From an uncultured Gemmatimonadales bacterium (GTDB lineage Bacteria > Gemmatimonadota > Gemmatimonadetes > Gemmatimonadales > Gemmatimonadaceae), in the NCBI GenBank assembly GCA_963793305.1, contig CAWBZV010000005.1, positions 1,504,001 through 1,568,000 on the forward strand: a stretch of 64,000 nt of DNA, in the 5' to 3' direction. The translations under genes and the position numbers were made by a program. Shown here one piece after another: positions 32,238 to 41,400 of the stretch (position 1 is the first letter of the stretch; every line of letters begins with the position of its first letter). Under the pieces are notes generated by a model. It saw nothing but the letters and a program-made list of their open reading frames with translations, made no database searches and was not told the DNA's origin.

Positions 32238-33685
32238 ACAGACACGCGATGCACGCAAGCCAGAGCCGATGGGCCGTCCGAGGCCTGCTTCTGGTGCTCA
32301 CGCTGTCGCTGGGCTCGTGCAAAAAATCCCCCGCGTCGACTGCACCGGCCGGCGCGTCGACCGCACCAGCCGGCACGGCGACTGCGCCGGCCGTCCGGGG
32401 CCCGCTCAAGAACATCGCCTCGGTGTACGACGTGACGTACACGCCGGAGACGGTGGTCCTGAGCGCCGACATCGCGCAGCACCACCTCAAGACCGCGAGC
32501 CCGGATGGGGCGACGTTCACGTTCGACGCGGCGTCGAGCGACGTCCGCGGCCTCAAGCCGGGCTCCGTGATGCTCTTGACCGGCGTGGCGCTTCGCCGCG
32601 TCACGCAAGTCCAGCCGCTCGGCGATTCCATCGTCGTCGCGACCGGGCCCGCCGAAATAACCGACGCCATCAAAGACGGGACGATTCAAGCCCAGACCAC
32701 CATTGACTTCGGCTCGGTGGCCATGGGTCCGAGCCCCACGCAGACCGGCCGCGATCCGCTCGACATCTTTTCGCTCGTGACGCCGGCGTACGCGGACACC
32801 ACCACGAAGACCGTTGGCGGTCCCGGCAGCTTCTCGGTCCAGATCGATCCGTTCCAGTACAGCGTCAAGTTCACCGCCGCGGCCGACCGGCTCAACATCG
32901 ACATGGCGATTCAGAACACCGTCGACAACATGAACGTCACGTCGACCGGCTATGTCAAGAACTACCAGGCCCTGGTGAATATCCTGATCAAGGATAAAAC
33001 GATCACGAAGCTCGATTTCCAGAACTCGGGGATCGATGGCGAGATGGTGGTGAATTGGACGGCGGCAACGGTCGTGGCGGGGCCGCTGACCAAGATCGCC
33101 TCGTGGTCGGACCTCCTCAAAAAGTATCAGCCGCTGCGCCAAGCAGCGTTCACGTTCCCGTTTCTCATCGGCCCCATTCCGTTCTCGATCAAGTTCTCGA
33201 CCGGCATCACGTTCACGCCGGCGTTCACCTCCAAGAACTCGATCTGCAAGGGATCGATGACGGTTCACTACAGCGGCAGCGGGGGGTTCACCGTCAATAA
33301 CGGGAACGTGCAGTCGAGCGGCCAGATCACGCAGCCCACGCAAGCCAACCCCAAAACGCAGATCTTGAGCCTGGGCCCGATCGGCTTCACGGTGGCGGTC
33401 GAGTTCCCCCGCGCGGAGCTAGGCATGGGCACGAATCTGTTCACGTTTTCTCCGACGGCTTACGTCAACGCCATCAGCTCGTTCGGGCTCGTCTACGGCG
33501 GACCGGCCGCCATGCTGCCGTGCGAGACGCACATCCTCGACGTGACGGTGAACACCGGCATATCGGCGGCGTCGACGTTGGCCAGTTTCTTCGGCACCGC
33601 CTCGAAGCTGACCTTTACCAAACAGCTCTACGATCGCAACTACAAAGGCCCCGCGGCACCCGGGGGCATGATGTGTCCCACGTAG
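32234..33685 (+). CDS. large beta-rich lipoprotein, unknown function
   Basis: GTGA overlap with the previous gene; lipobox LGSC; Ala/Pro/Thr linker. Confidence 0.75.
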   Translation: MNRHAMHASQSRWAVRGLLLVLTLSLGSCKKSPASTAPAGASTAPAGTATAPAVRGPLKNIASVYDVTYTPETVVLSADIAQHHLKTASPDGATFTFDAASSDVRGLKPGSVMLLTGVALRRVTQVQPLGDSIVVATGPAEITDAIKDGTIQAQTTIDFGSVAMGPSPTQTGRDPLDIFSLVTPAYADTTTKTVGGPGSFSVQIDPFQYSVKFTAAADRLNIDMAIQNTVDNMNVTSTGYVKNYQALVNILIKDKTITKLDFQNSGIDGEMVVNWTAATVVAGPLTKIASWSDLLKKYQPLRQAAFTFPFLIGPIPFSIKFSTGITFTPAFTSKNSICKGSMTVHYSGSGGFTVNNGNVQSSGQITQPTQANPKTQILSLGPIGFTVAVEFPRAELGMGTNLFTFSPTAYVNAISSFGLVYGGPAAMLPCETHILDVTVNTGISAASTLASFFGTASKLTFTKQLYDRNYKGPAAPGGMMCPT

Positions 33686-33739
33686 CACTGTGAGGAGAAA
33701 GGAGCGAAACCCCGCGGGCCCGCAACGCGTAGGGCGAGT

Positions 33740-34414
33740 GTGATCTTTCGCTATCGATTCTGGCTGTTTACCGCCACGTTCCTGATTGGTTTCGGGCTAT
33801 CCACCGTGGACCACACGAACGCCACGGTCGCCCTCGTGCGGCAGGTGAGCGACAATCCGCTCGCTCTGCGCGCGGCATTCGCATTCGCCGCGCTGCTCCT
33901 CGTTCTGGCCGCGCTCATTCGCACGTGGGCCGCGGCCCACTTGCGATCGAGCGTGGTGCACGACGGCCAGCTGCACACCGACGCGCTCGTCGCCAGCGGT
34001 CCATACCGCTACGTGCGCAACCCGCTCTACATCGGCGCACTGTTGCTCAGCCTCGGCATGGGGATGCTCGCCAGCCGGATCGGGGCGGTCGTGATTATCG
34101 GCGGGGCCCTCGCGATCACGCTGGCGCTGATCGACGCCGAGGAGCGCCAGCTTACCGCGGTCCAGGGCGAATCCTACGCCGCCTACCGGCGCACAGTCCC
34201 GCGCCTCGTGCCGTCATTCACGCCGCGACTTCCGGCCGCGAATCTGGCGCCGCGTTGGGGTCAGGCTTTCGCGGGCGAGGGGATGTTCTGGGGTTTAGCG
34301 CTCGGGATGGTTCTGTTCGCGGTGACACTCCAACCAGCCTGGATCATCGCGCTCGGCATCGGCGCGCCGTTGGCCCACCTGCTCGTTATGCAAGCACTCA
34401 AAGCCCGCGCTTAG
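33740..34414 (+). CDS. isoprenylcysteine carboxyl methyltransferase / PEMT-family membrane protein
   Basis: LVASGPYRYVRNPLYIG, EERQL, YAAYRRTVPRLVP. Confidence 0.88.
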   Translation: MIFRYRFWLFTATFLIGFGLSTVDHTNATVALVRQVSDNPLALRAAFAFAALLLVLAALIRTWAAAHLRSSVVHDGQLHTDALVASGPYRYVRNPLYIGALLLSLGMGMLASRIGAVVIIGGALAITLALIDAEERQLTAVQGESYAAYRRTVPRLVPSFTPRLPAANLAPRWGQAFAGEGMFWGLALGMVLFAVTLQPAWIIALGIGAPLAHLLVMQALKARA

Positions 34415-36687
34415 CCTGCAATGTGATAGTCTTTGGGCGGATCGGCGTCCAAGAGATACCGCACGAAATAGTCCCAACGCCGCCGCATCATGTACAGTGA
34501 GGCGGCGCCGTACCCGTGATGGACATTGGGGATGATCAGCTCATCGAACTCTTTGTTCGCCTCGATGAGCGCCTTCGCGACGAGCATGGTGTTGTAGGGC
34601 GGAACGTTGTCGTCCATTGAGCCGTGCGCCAAGAGCAGGTGCCCGGTGAGGTTCTTGGCGACGGATTGGTTGGCCTCGGTGGCGTAGTTGTCACCCGCCA
34701 ACAGCCCCTGATACCGCTCGCCCCAATCATCTTCGTATTCGCGCTGGTCGTGATTGCCGGACTCCGCGATGCCGACCTTGAAGAAGTCCGGATATCGGAA
34801 CATGGCATCCGCTGTCGCGAACCCGCCTCCCGAGTGACCGAAAATGGCCGCCCGCGTCGTGTCCACCCACGCGTACCGCGTCGCCAACTCTCGCATGGCG
34901 GCGACTTGGTCGGGAATCGTGTTGTCCCGACCCATCGCGCCATAGTATGCGTCGTGGAAGGACTTGGACCGCCACGGCGTCCCTAAGCCGTCGACCTCCA
35001 CCACGACGAACCCGAGCTCGGCCAGTGCCTGACAGTCGCGGCGCGCGGCGACGAAACTGCGGGGCCCCATGCTGCCCGTCTGGGGACCGGGATACACGCT
35101 GTTGATGATCGGATAGTGCTGCGTGGAGTCGAAATTGGTCGGCCGGAACAAGAGCCCATAGAGTTTGGTCTTGCCGTCGTGGGCCGTGGTCACGATCGGG
35201 GTGGGCGGCTTCCAGCCCGCGGCCATCAATCGCGAGATGTCGGCGTGCGTGAGCGGCATGACGACCTTGCCGTTCGCGTCACGCAACACGACGGTCGCTG
35301 GGGTGACGGGCGTCGAGTAGCTGTCGACGAAGTACCGGCCGTCGGGGGCGACCTGGATGTCGTGGTCACCGCTCTCGGGGGTCAAGGGGGTCCACTGACG
35401 ACCATCGACACGAACGCGATAGTAGTGTCGGAAATATGGATCCTCACTGGCCTCGCGCCCGCGGGCTTCGACGAGTAACGAGTGGGTTCGCTCATCGACG
35501 TGATCGACGGCGGTGACTGGGCCGGCGCCGGTCGTAATGGGATGGAGCAGCGCGCCGGTCTTGAGGTCGTACGCGTACAGCTCCGCCCAGTCGTTCCGCT
35601 CGGACGACCAGATGATCTGGTTGTCGGCCCACAAAATACGCCAGCCGGCGACCGACTCGAACTGGGTCGGCAACGTCTCATCGAACAGCGTTCGGACCGC
35701 GCCGGTATTGGCATCGGCTACGTGCACGGTCGCGGACTTGTGATCGCGCGAGGTACTCACGTAGGCGAGCTGCGACCCGTCTGGGCTCCAGATCAAGTCC
35801 TTCATGCTGATGTCGTCGCCGAGCATCGCGCGATGAAAGTCCGGCGGGGTCGAGAGTCGAATGACCTTCGCGGCATCAACGTCGATGATCACGCGCGAGA
35901 TCATCGAGACCGCGCTGTCGCCGGGAAGCGGATACTTCCACGCTTCCAGCCGGGGATGGCCGACGCGCGTCTCGACCAGGTACATGTCGCCCACGCGCCG
36001 GTCGTCCTGCTGCTGCGTGGCGATCTTTTTCGAATCGGGTGACCAGAGGAGCACCGCACGATTGCTGTGGATCCACCCGGCGTTGTCCGTCGCGTAACCA
36101 AAGTTCTCGGCGCCGTCGGTCGTCAGTTGGGTCTCGTGTCCGGTCGCGACATCGCGCACCCACAGATTCCAGTTCCGGATGAATGCCGCGCGTTTGCCGT
36201 CAGGTGACACGACCTCCGGTACCGCTGGCGTCTGCTTGGCGGTATCGGCCTGACAGGCGCGACCGCTCACATCACAGCGCCACCGATGCTCTTTGATCTC
36301 GAGCGTGACTTGCGCGCCATCGCTCGACAGCTCCGCCTTGGTCGCGGGCAGGTGCTGGGCATCGAATGTGCCGGCCCCTGCGCGCGAGAGCGCTTGCGCG
36401 ACGGCGTCGGCATTGAACAGGGGCTGTTGTGTGCGATGGGCTGGATCGACCAGCAACCACTCGCTCCCTGCCGGCGTCGTCGTTCGGTAATAGAACCGGT
36501 CATCCGGCAGCCACGTCGCCGTGACTTTGCCGCCCACGACCAAGCTGTCGAGATTGAACCCGAGCATCTTGACCGCCCGGTCGTAGTCTCCGGTCGTCAG
36601 CTCCCGGCGGGGCGGGTTGGACACGGGCGGGACGGCGAGCAGTGCGCCGAGCGCGAGGGTGGGAACAGAGAGGCGAGTGGTACGCAT
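34411..36687 (-). CDS. S9 dipeptidyl peptidase IV-family protein
   Basis: DPPIV_N propeller (SPDGKRAAFIR, YPLPGD), GHSGGG, HGSMDDNV. Confidence 0.93.
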   Translation of the reverse strand: MRTTRLSVPTLALGALLAVPPVSNPPRRELTTGDYDRAVKMLGFNLDSLVVGGKVTATWLPDDRFYYRTTTPAGSEWLLVDPAHRTQQPLFNADAVAQALSRAGAGTFDAQHLPATKAELSSDGAQVTLEIKEHRWRCDVSGRACQADTAKQTPAVPEVVSPDGKRAAFIRNWNLWVRDVATGHETQLTTDGAENFGYATDNAGWIHSNRAVLLWSPDSKKIATQQQDDRRVGDMYLVETRVGHPRLEAWKYPLPGDSAVSMISRVIIDVDAAKVIRLSTPPDFHRAMLGDDISMKDLIWSPDGSQLAYVSTSRDHKSATVHVADANTGAVRTLFDETLPTQFESVAGWRILWADNQIIWSSERNDWAELYAYDLKTGALLHPITTGAGPVTAVDHVDERTHSLLVEARGREASEDPYFRHYYRVRVDGRQWTPLTPESGDHDIQVAPDGRYFVDSYSTPVTPATVVLRDANGKVVMPLTHADISRLMAAGWKPPTPIVTTAHDGKTKLYGLLFRPTNFDSTQHYPIINSVYPGPQTGSMGPRSFVAARRDCQALAELGFVVVEVDGLGTPWRSKSFHDAYYGAMGRDNTIPDQVAAMRELATRYAWVDTTRAAIFGHSGGGFATADAMFRYPDFFKVGIAESGNHDQREYEDDWGERYQGLLAGDNYATEANQSVAKNLTGHLLLAHGSMDDNVPPYNTMLVAKALIEANKEFDELIIPNVHHGYGAASLYMMRRRWDYFVRYLLDADPPKDYHIAG

Positions 36688-36835
36688 GGGGACGAAGTTA
36701 ACGAAAAAACACTGTCGAGGGACTTACCGTGAACGCATTTGGCGACGCTGTCTTCGGCTTGTTTGTGCTCCTCGCGGCCAGCTTCTGGGGGCGCGGACGT
36801 TCGCCGCCGGACTAACCATTTGACTAAATTGGGCC

Positions 36836-39289
36836 ATGCCGAGCCTTGCCGACTTGCGTCTCGCTGCCCGCGACCTCGTGCGACGGCCACTCTTCACGGC
36901 GACGGTCGTGCTGACACTCGCCGTCAGCCTGGGCGCCACCACCGCGGCGTTCTCCTTCATCGACGCGGTGTTCTTCACGAGACTGCCCGTCCGCGACCAG
37001 AATCGACTCGTCGTGATGGCTGCCGTGGACCCCTCGCGGAGCTGGCTCGGACAGCCCTGGCCCGTGCCGTGGGAGACGCGGAGTCGACTCGCCGAACGCC
37101 GGGGCGCGTTCGATGATGTGGCGGCTGTGGTCTCGTGGGGCGCGTACCCGTTTGCGGCGCGCGATGGAGATCACATCGTGCACGTACGACGCTCGCAAGT
37201 CAGCGGGAACTTCTTTGACGTGCTCGGCGCACGACCTGTCGTCGGCCGATTGCTCCGGCCGGACGATGACATCAAGGGAGCGCCCGCGACCGTCGTGCTC
37301 AGCGAGCGAGTGTGGCGGCGCGACTACGGCGCCGATCCCGCGATTGTCGGGCGGCTCCTGTTCTTCGCCGGAGGGAGCCATCGGGTCGTGGGCGTCGCGC
37401 CCGCCGAGCTGTCGTATCCAGACGAGAGCAATGCGTGGTGCGCGGTGACACCCGAGCGCGTGCGCCTGCAGGGTCATGGCCCGGACAGCACGCCGTTCTT
37501 CCTTTTGGGGCGTATGCGCCGTGGCCTCACACCCAATGCCGCGCGCGGCGAGCTCGAGGCCGTCCTGCACACACTGCCCACGGTGAACGCACTGTACACA
37601 GTTAGTACGGGTCCCTTTGCGATGCCTACGCACGGGTCCGTCACGCCATTCGTCAACGTCGTGCTCGGCAGTACCCTCCGTCCAGCACTGACGGTGCTGT
37701 TCGGCGCCGTGGCGCTCGTCCTGGTGATCGCATGCACGAACGTCGCCGGACTCCTGCTCGCACGCGGCATCGCTCGTGCTCCAGAGATCGCCGTTCGATA
37801 TGCGCTGGGCGGGACACCACGCCGCATTATCGGATATCTGCTCACCGAGTCCGCCATCCTAGGCGCCCTTGGTGGCGCCCTTGGCCTCGCGCTCGCGGTC
37901 GCACTCATTCGTGCCGGCGTCGCAGCCGTGCCGCAAGATGTACCGATGATCGGCACGGCGCACGTCAACGGACTGGCGGTCGCATTCGTGGTGACGATCA
38001 CCTCGCTGTCCGTCGTCGCGTTCGGCCTGGCGCCGGCACTGCGGGAAACCGGGCAGGCGCCGGGTCGTGCGTTGCGGGGCAGTCGGGTGGTGACGGCTGC
38101 GCCGGTCACCATGATGGGGCGCCGCGCGCTCGTGTCGGCACAAGTCGCGCTCGCGCTCGTGGTACTCTCCGGGGCGGCGCTTCTGGGCCGAACACTCGCC
38201 GCGCTGGAAGCAACGCCACTGGGGTTCGACCCGTCGCATTTGTTGTTCTTTCGTCAAGACTACATGGTGCCCTCCGGGTCGTTTCCCGACTCGGAGTACA
38301 CGCAGCGGGCCGTGGCCTCGATCGAACGGCTCGAAGAACGGATGCCGGTGACGACGACCTTCGCGCTGCCGTTCACGAGCGCGGGACCCTCAGCGCCGTA
38401 CGCGGTCGACGGCCAACCCATGGCGGCCCCCGGCCAAGGTCCGAGCGTGCGCTTCGAGTACGCGCTCGACGACTATTTCGCGGTCATGGGCATTCCGTTA
38501 GTGCGAGGGCGCGCACTCACTCGCCACGATGATGCACACGCGCCGCCCGTCACCATCGTCAACCGTGCTTTCGCGGAGCACGAGTGGCCCGGACAGGATC
38601 CGCTGGGTCACCGCGTCCGGTTCGCGACCGATACGATGGTGGGCCGGTGGTTCACCGTCGTCGGCGTGGTCGGCAACGTGCGCTTTGACGATCCGGCGGC
38701 GGCGCCCGCACCGATCGTGTACGTCAATCCGCGCCAGCTCGGGGGATTCGGTGATCCGTGGTACGTCCTCCGCACACCCGGCGATCCGCAGCGCGCGGCG
38801 GAACCGCTGGAGCGCACGATCGAAGCGTTGGATCCGGTTCTCGGTTTAAGTCGAACGATCACGGGTCCAGCACTGCTCCGGACGCGTCTCTCCCGTGCGC
38901 GCATCTTGGCCGTACTCTTTTTTGCCCTGTCTACGACCGCGCTCGTGCTCGCGGCGATCGGCCTGTTTGGGGTACTCTCGGCATTCGTTCGCGAGCGCCG
39001 GAACGAGATCGCCATACGCTCCGCACTCGGTGCAACACCGGCGCAACTGCGGTCGCTGGTCGTGGGTCAAGCCGTGGTACTCAGTGCGTTGGGCGTGGGG
39101 GTCGGGGCCCCGCTCGCATTCGGTGGGGCGCGCGTGCTCCAGTCGCTCGTGCGTGACATGCGGCCCGCCAACGTGCTCACGCTCGTGCTCATCGCCGTCG
39201 TGTTGATCGCCGTTGTCGCCGCGGCGACGCTTGGCCCCACCGTTCGGGCGTCGCACGTCGACCCTCGGACCGCACTGTCCACCGACTGA
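36836..39289 (+). CDS. ADOP-family ABC permease (intact)
   Basis: DLRLAARDL, VSGNFFDVLG, LVIACTNVA, DYFAVMGIPL, EIAIRSALGA, VDPRTAL. Confidence 0.92.
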   Translation: MPSLADLRLAARDLVRRPLFTATVVLTLAVSLGATTAAFSFIDAVFFTRLPVRDQNRLVVMAAVDPSRSWLGQPWPVPWETRSRLAERRGAFDDVAAVVSWGAYPFAARDGDHIVHVRRSQVSGNFFDVLGARPVVGRLLRPDDDIKGAPATVVLSERVWRRDYGADPAIVGRLLFFAGGSHRVVGVAPAELSYPDESNAWCAVTPERVRLQGHGPDSTPFFLLGRMRRGLTPNAARGELEAVLHTLPTVNALYTVSTGPFAMPTHGSVTPFVNVVLGSTLRPALTVLFGAVALVLVIACTNVAGLLLARGIARAPEIAVRYALGGTPRRIIGYLLTESAILGALGGALGLALAVALIRAGVAAVPQDVPMIGTAHVNGLAVAFVVTITSLSVVAFGLAPALRETGQAPGRALRGSRVVTAAPVTMMGRRALVSAQVALALVVLSGAALLGRTLAALEATPLGFDPSHLLFFRQDYMVPSGSFPDSEYTQRAVASIERLEERMPVTTTFALPFTSAGPSAPYAVDGQPMAAPGQGPSVRFEYALDDYFAVMGIPLVRGRALTRHDDAHAPPVTIVNRAFAEHEWPGQDPLGHRVRFATDTMVGRWFTVVGVVGNVRFDDPAAAPAPIVYVNPRQLGGFGDPWYVLRTPGDPQRAAEPLERTIEALDPVLGLSRTITGPALLRTRLSRARILAVLFFALSTTALVLAAIGLFGVLSAFVRERRNEIAIRSALGATPAQLRSLVVGQAVVLSALGVGVGAPLAFGGARVLQSLVRDMRPANVLTLVLIAVVLIAVVAAATLGPTVRASHVDPRTALSTD

Positions 39290-39308
39290 GGCGAGGCTCG
39301 CCGGGATA

Positions 39309-39338
39309 TTGAAATAGGTCTGACTAACAGACATATTT
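39309..39338 (+). promoter_or_regulatory. candidate promoter with palindromic operator
   Basis: TTGAAA-17bp-CATATT; inverted repeat AAATAgGTCTG-actaa-CAGACaTATTT at 39312-39338; ATG follows at 39344. Confidence 0.6.
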
Positions 39339-39343
39339 AGCGC

Positions 39344-39859
39344 ATGACGCGAAGCCAGTTCGCGATCGCGGTCGGCGCGTCCGAAAAGTGGTTGCACAAC
39401 GCGGCGGCGGCGCTCGGTCGGCGGATTCGCTACACGCCGGACGAAGCCCGCCGACTGGGCGTCGCGCACGCGATCCAGTCGGCGATCGGATGTCCCTTAT
39501 GGCGCGCCGACGCGTTGGCGGCGAGGGCGCTGTCCGCGGGTGCGAATCAGGCCGTCGTGCTGGGCGCCGATCTCGACGAGGCCGAACAGGACGGCATCGT
39601 ACGCCTGTCAATCGATGTGCCGCGCATGCTGTCCGTCCACACCGTGCGTCTCGCGCGTGCATTGCACCATCAGCCGCGGCGACGCGGGCGGCGCCCCGTT
39701 GCGCAACGCGGGCGCGATGCGCGCACCCGCGCCCGCGCCTACGGGTTGGACCTGACGCTGATCGACCACCATCTCGCGATGACCACCGCCGAGCGGCTGC
39801 GGGCGTTGGACGAGAACGCGCCGTTGCTCGCAGCGCTGCGTCATCGCGCTGGGCGATGA
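39344..39859 (+). CDS. HTH-containing partner protein of a nucleotidyltransferase
   Basis: N-terminal HTH-like MTRSQFAIAVGASEKWLHN; C-terminal YGLDLTLIDHHLAMTTAERL; ATGA overlap with the NTase. Confidence 0.7.
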   Translation: MTRSQFAIAVGASEKWLHNAAAALGRRIRYTPDEARRLGVAHAIQSAIGCPLWRADALAARALSAGANQAVVLGADLDEAEQDGIVRLSIDVPRMLSVHTVRLARALHHQPRRRGRRPVAQRGRDARTRARAYGLDLTLIDHHLAMTTAERLRALDENAPLLAALRHRAGR

Positions 39860-40344
39860 CGCTGCTCGGCACTGTTCGAGGGCTGACGGATGCCGCCATC
39901 CGCTTCGTCGTCGTCGGAGGGGTCGCGGCTGCGGCGCACGGATCGGCGCGCGTGACCGATGATCTCGACGTTTGCTACGACACAGCGCCGGACAATGTCG
40001 CCACGTTGGCCCGGCTCCTGTCGGACTGGCACGCGTATCCGCGTGGGATTGAGCCCGGTCTCCCATTCATCATGGATGCACAGACCCTGCGCCAGGCGCC
40101 GGTGCTGACCCTGACCACACGTCAGGGGTTGCTCGACGTGATGGACGTCGTGAAGGGCGTCGGCGACTACGCGAAGTGTGTCGCGGCATCGGAGGAGACC
40201 GCGGTGAGCGACGTGCGGTTTCGGCTGCTGACACTTCCAGCACTCATTCGCGCGAAACGGGCAGCCGCGCGACCCAAAGATCTCGAGCACCTCATCGAGT
40301 TGGAAGCGATCGCCGAGACTATATCGAGGCGGAAGCGCCGGTAG
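39856..40344 (+). CDS. Pol-beta-superfamily nucleotidyltransferase (DUF6036/AbiEii-like)
   Basis: FVVVGGVAAAAHGSARVTDDLD, LIRAKRAAARPKD. Confidence 0.85.
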   Translation: MTLLGTVRGLTDAAIRFVVVGGVAAAAHGSARVTDDLDVCYDTAPDNVATLARLLSDWHAYPRGIEPGLPFIMDAQTLRQAPVLTLTTRQGLLDVMDVVKGVGDYAKCVAASEETAVSDVRFRLLTLPALIRAKRAAARPKDLEHLIELEAIAETISRRKRR

Positions 40345-40431
40345 GTCTCCCCCGGGCGCCAGGAATGGCGGGCGGTGAACTCGACGTTGTCGTGGTTCGA
40401 TGGAAAGCCTGGACGACTGACTGCGCCAACG

Positions 40432-40485
40432 ATACCCGAGACGAGACTCGAACTCGTAAGACCCGAAGGTCGGGGGATTTTGAGT
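40432..40485 (-). repeat. att-like duplication of the tRNA-Leu 3' half
   Basis: 54 bp identical to 41860-41913; identity ends in the anticodon loop. Confidence 0.95.
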
Positions 40486-40621
40486 GCGCAGATGCTCCTC
40501 TGGACGGTGAGGCGTGACTCCGAGATCTGTCGCAACCAACCCCCTAGAAGCGCAAGCATCCGCACGGTACCTGTCACACTTTCCGTCACACCCAATTACC
40601 CGTGAGATCCCCTGCCTGGGG

Positions 40622-41198
40622 TCAGCTATTTTCCCCCACCGCATGCCACTCCGTCGTGAGACCCCGCCGCTCCACCTCGACGAGTAGCACGCGCCTGTCG
40701 ATGCGCTCGCCAAGCTCGTGCAGCATTGCGCTGATATCGCGGGCGTGTTTGTTGGAGCCACCGTCGCGCAAGTACTCGAGCTTGCGGATGACGACGTACT
40801 CCGCTGGAGCGATCCACACCGCGTTAGTGCCCACCTGGATCGTTTGAACGTCGCGCGAAGGCCCACCGATGCAGTGGATCGTCGCCAGCCGGATAAATAT
40901 CTGCCTTGAGTGCCGTGGCCGTGTGGATCAGGTTGAAGTGGCCGTGCGCCGGCCGTCGCGCTTCGATCGCCATGATGTCGGTGGGCGGCACATAGAATTC
41001 CTTGGCATCGAACGCCATCGCCAGTCGCGCAACATCATCGGTCGAGAGGACCACCACCAGATCGATATCATTGGTGAGGCGTGGCTCACCGTACATGGTC
41101 GCCGCCACAGATCCGGTGACCATGTACGTCAGCCCGATCGTATTGAGGGGGGCGACGAACAACGAGATGAGATCGGGCGTCGGCTCAGGTGACGGCAC
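40622..41198 (-). CDS. Pol-beta-superfamily nucleotidyltransferase (+1 frameshift near 40846)
   Basis: YMVTGSVAATMYGEPRLTNDIDLVV, KADIY, then PAEYVVIRKLEYLRDGGSNKHARDI in the next frame. Confidence 0.85.
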
Positions 41199-41343
41199 GG
41201 AGAAAGATCTGGCGTACGCGTTCTTCTACGGCTGCGTCACTAAGTCCGGGTTCCCGGAGCCGAACGCCCGCTCTGACCAAGTCCCACGCGGTTTGTCGGA
41301 GCTGGTGCGCGATGGCGAGCTTCTGCTCGGGAGACGGCGTCAT
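41185..41343 (-). CDS. 52-aa partner protein of the nucleotidyltransferase (below the ORF-track cutoff)
   Basis: Hand translation MTPSPEQKLAIAHQLRQTAWDLVRAGVRLREPGLSDAAVEERVRQIFLRAVT; overlaps the NTase start by 14 bp. Confidence 0.7.
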   Translation of the reverse strand: MTPSPEQKLAIAHQLRQTAWDLVRAGVRLREPGLSDAAVEERVRQIFLRAVT

Positions 41344-41400
41344 GATTCCGTAATATGATCCGCCGACCCCATGGTTGCTCGGTCAAGCGCACGACGCGCG

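Noticed and set aside
36810..36828. GACTAA direct repeat before the fourth ADOP gene
   Set aside because: Only two 6-bp copies; too weak to call a site
40432..40485. Second tRNA-Leu gene
   Set aside because: Only the 3' half is present; no D-arm or 5' acceptor strand
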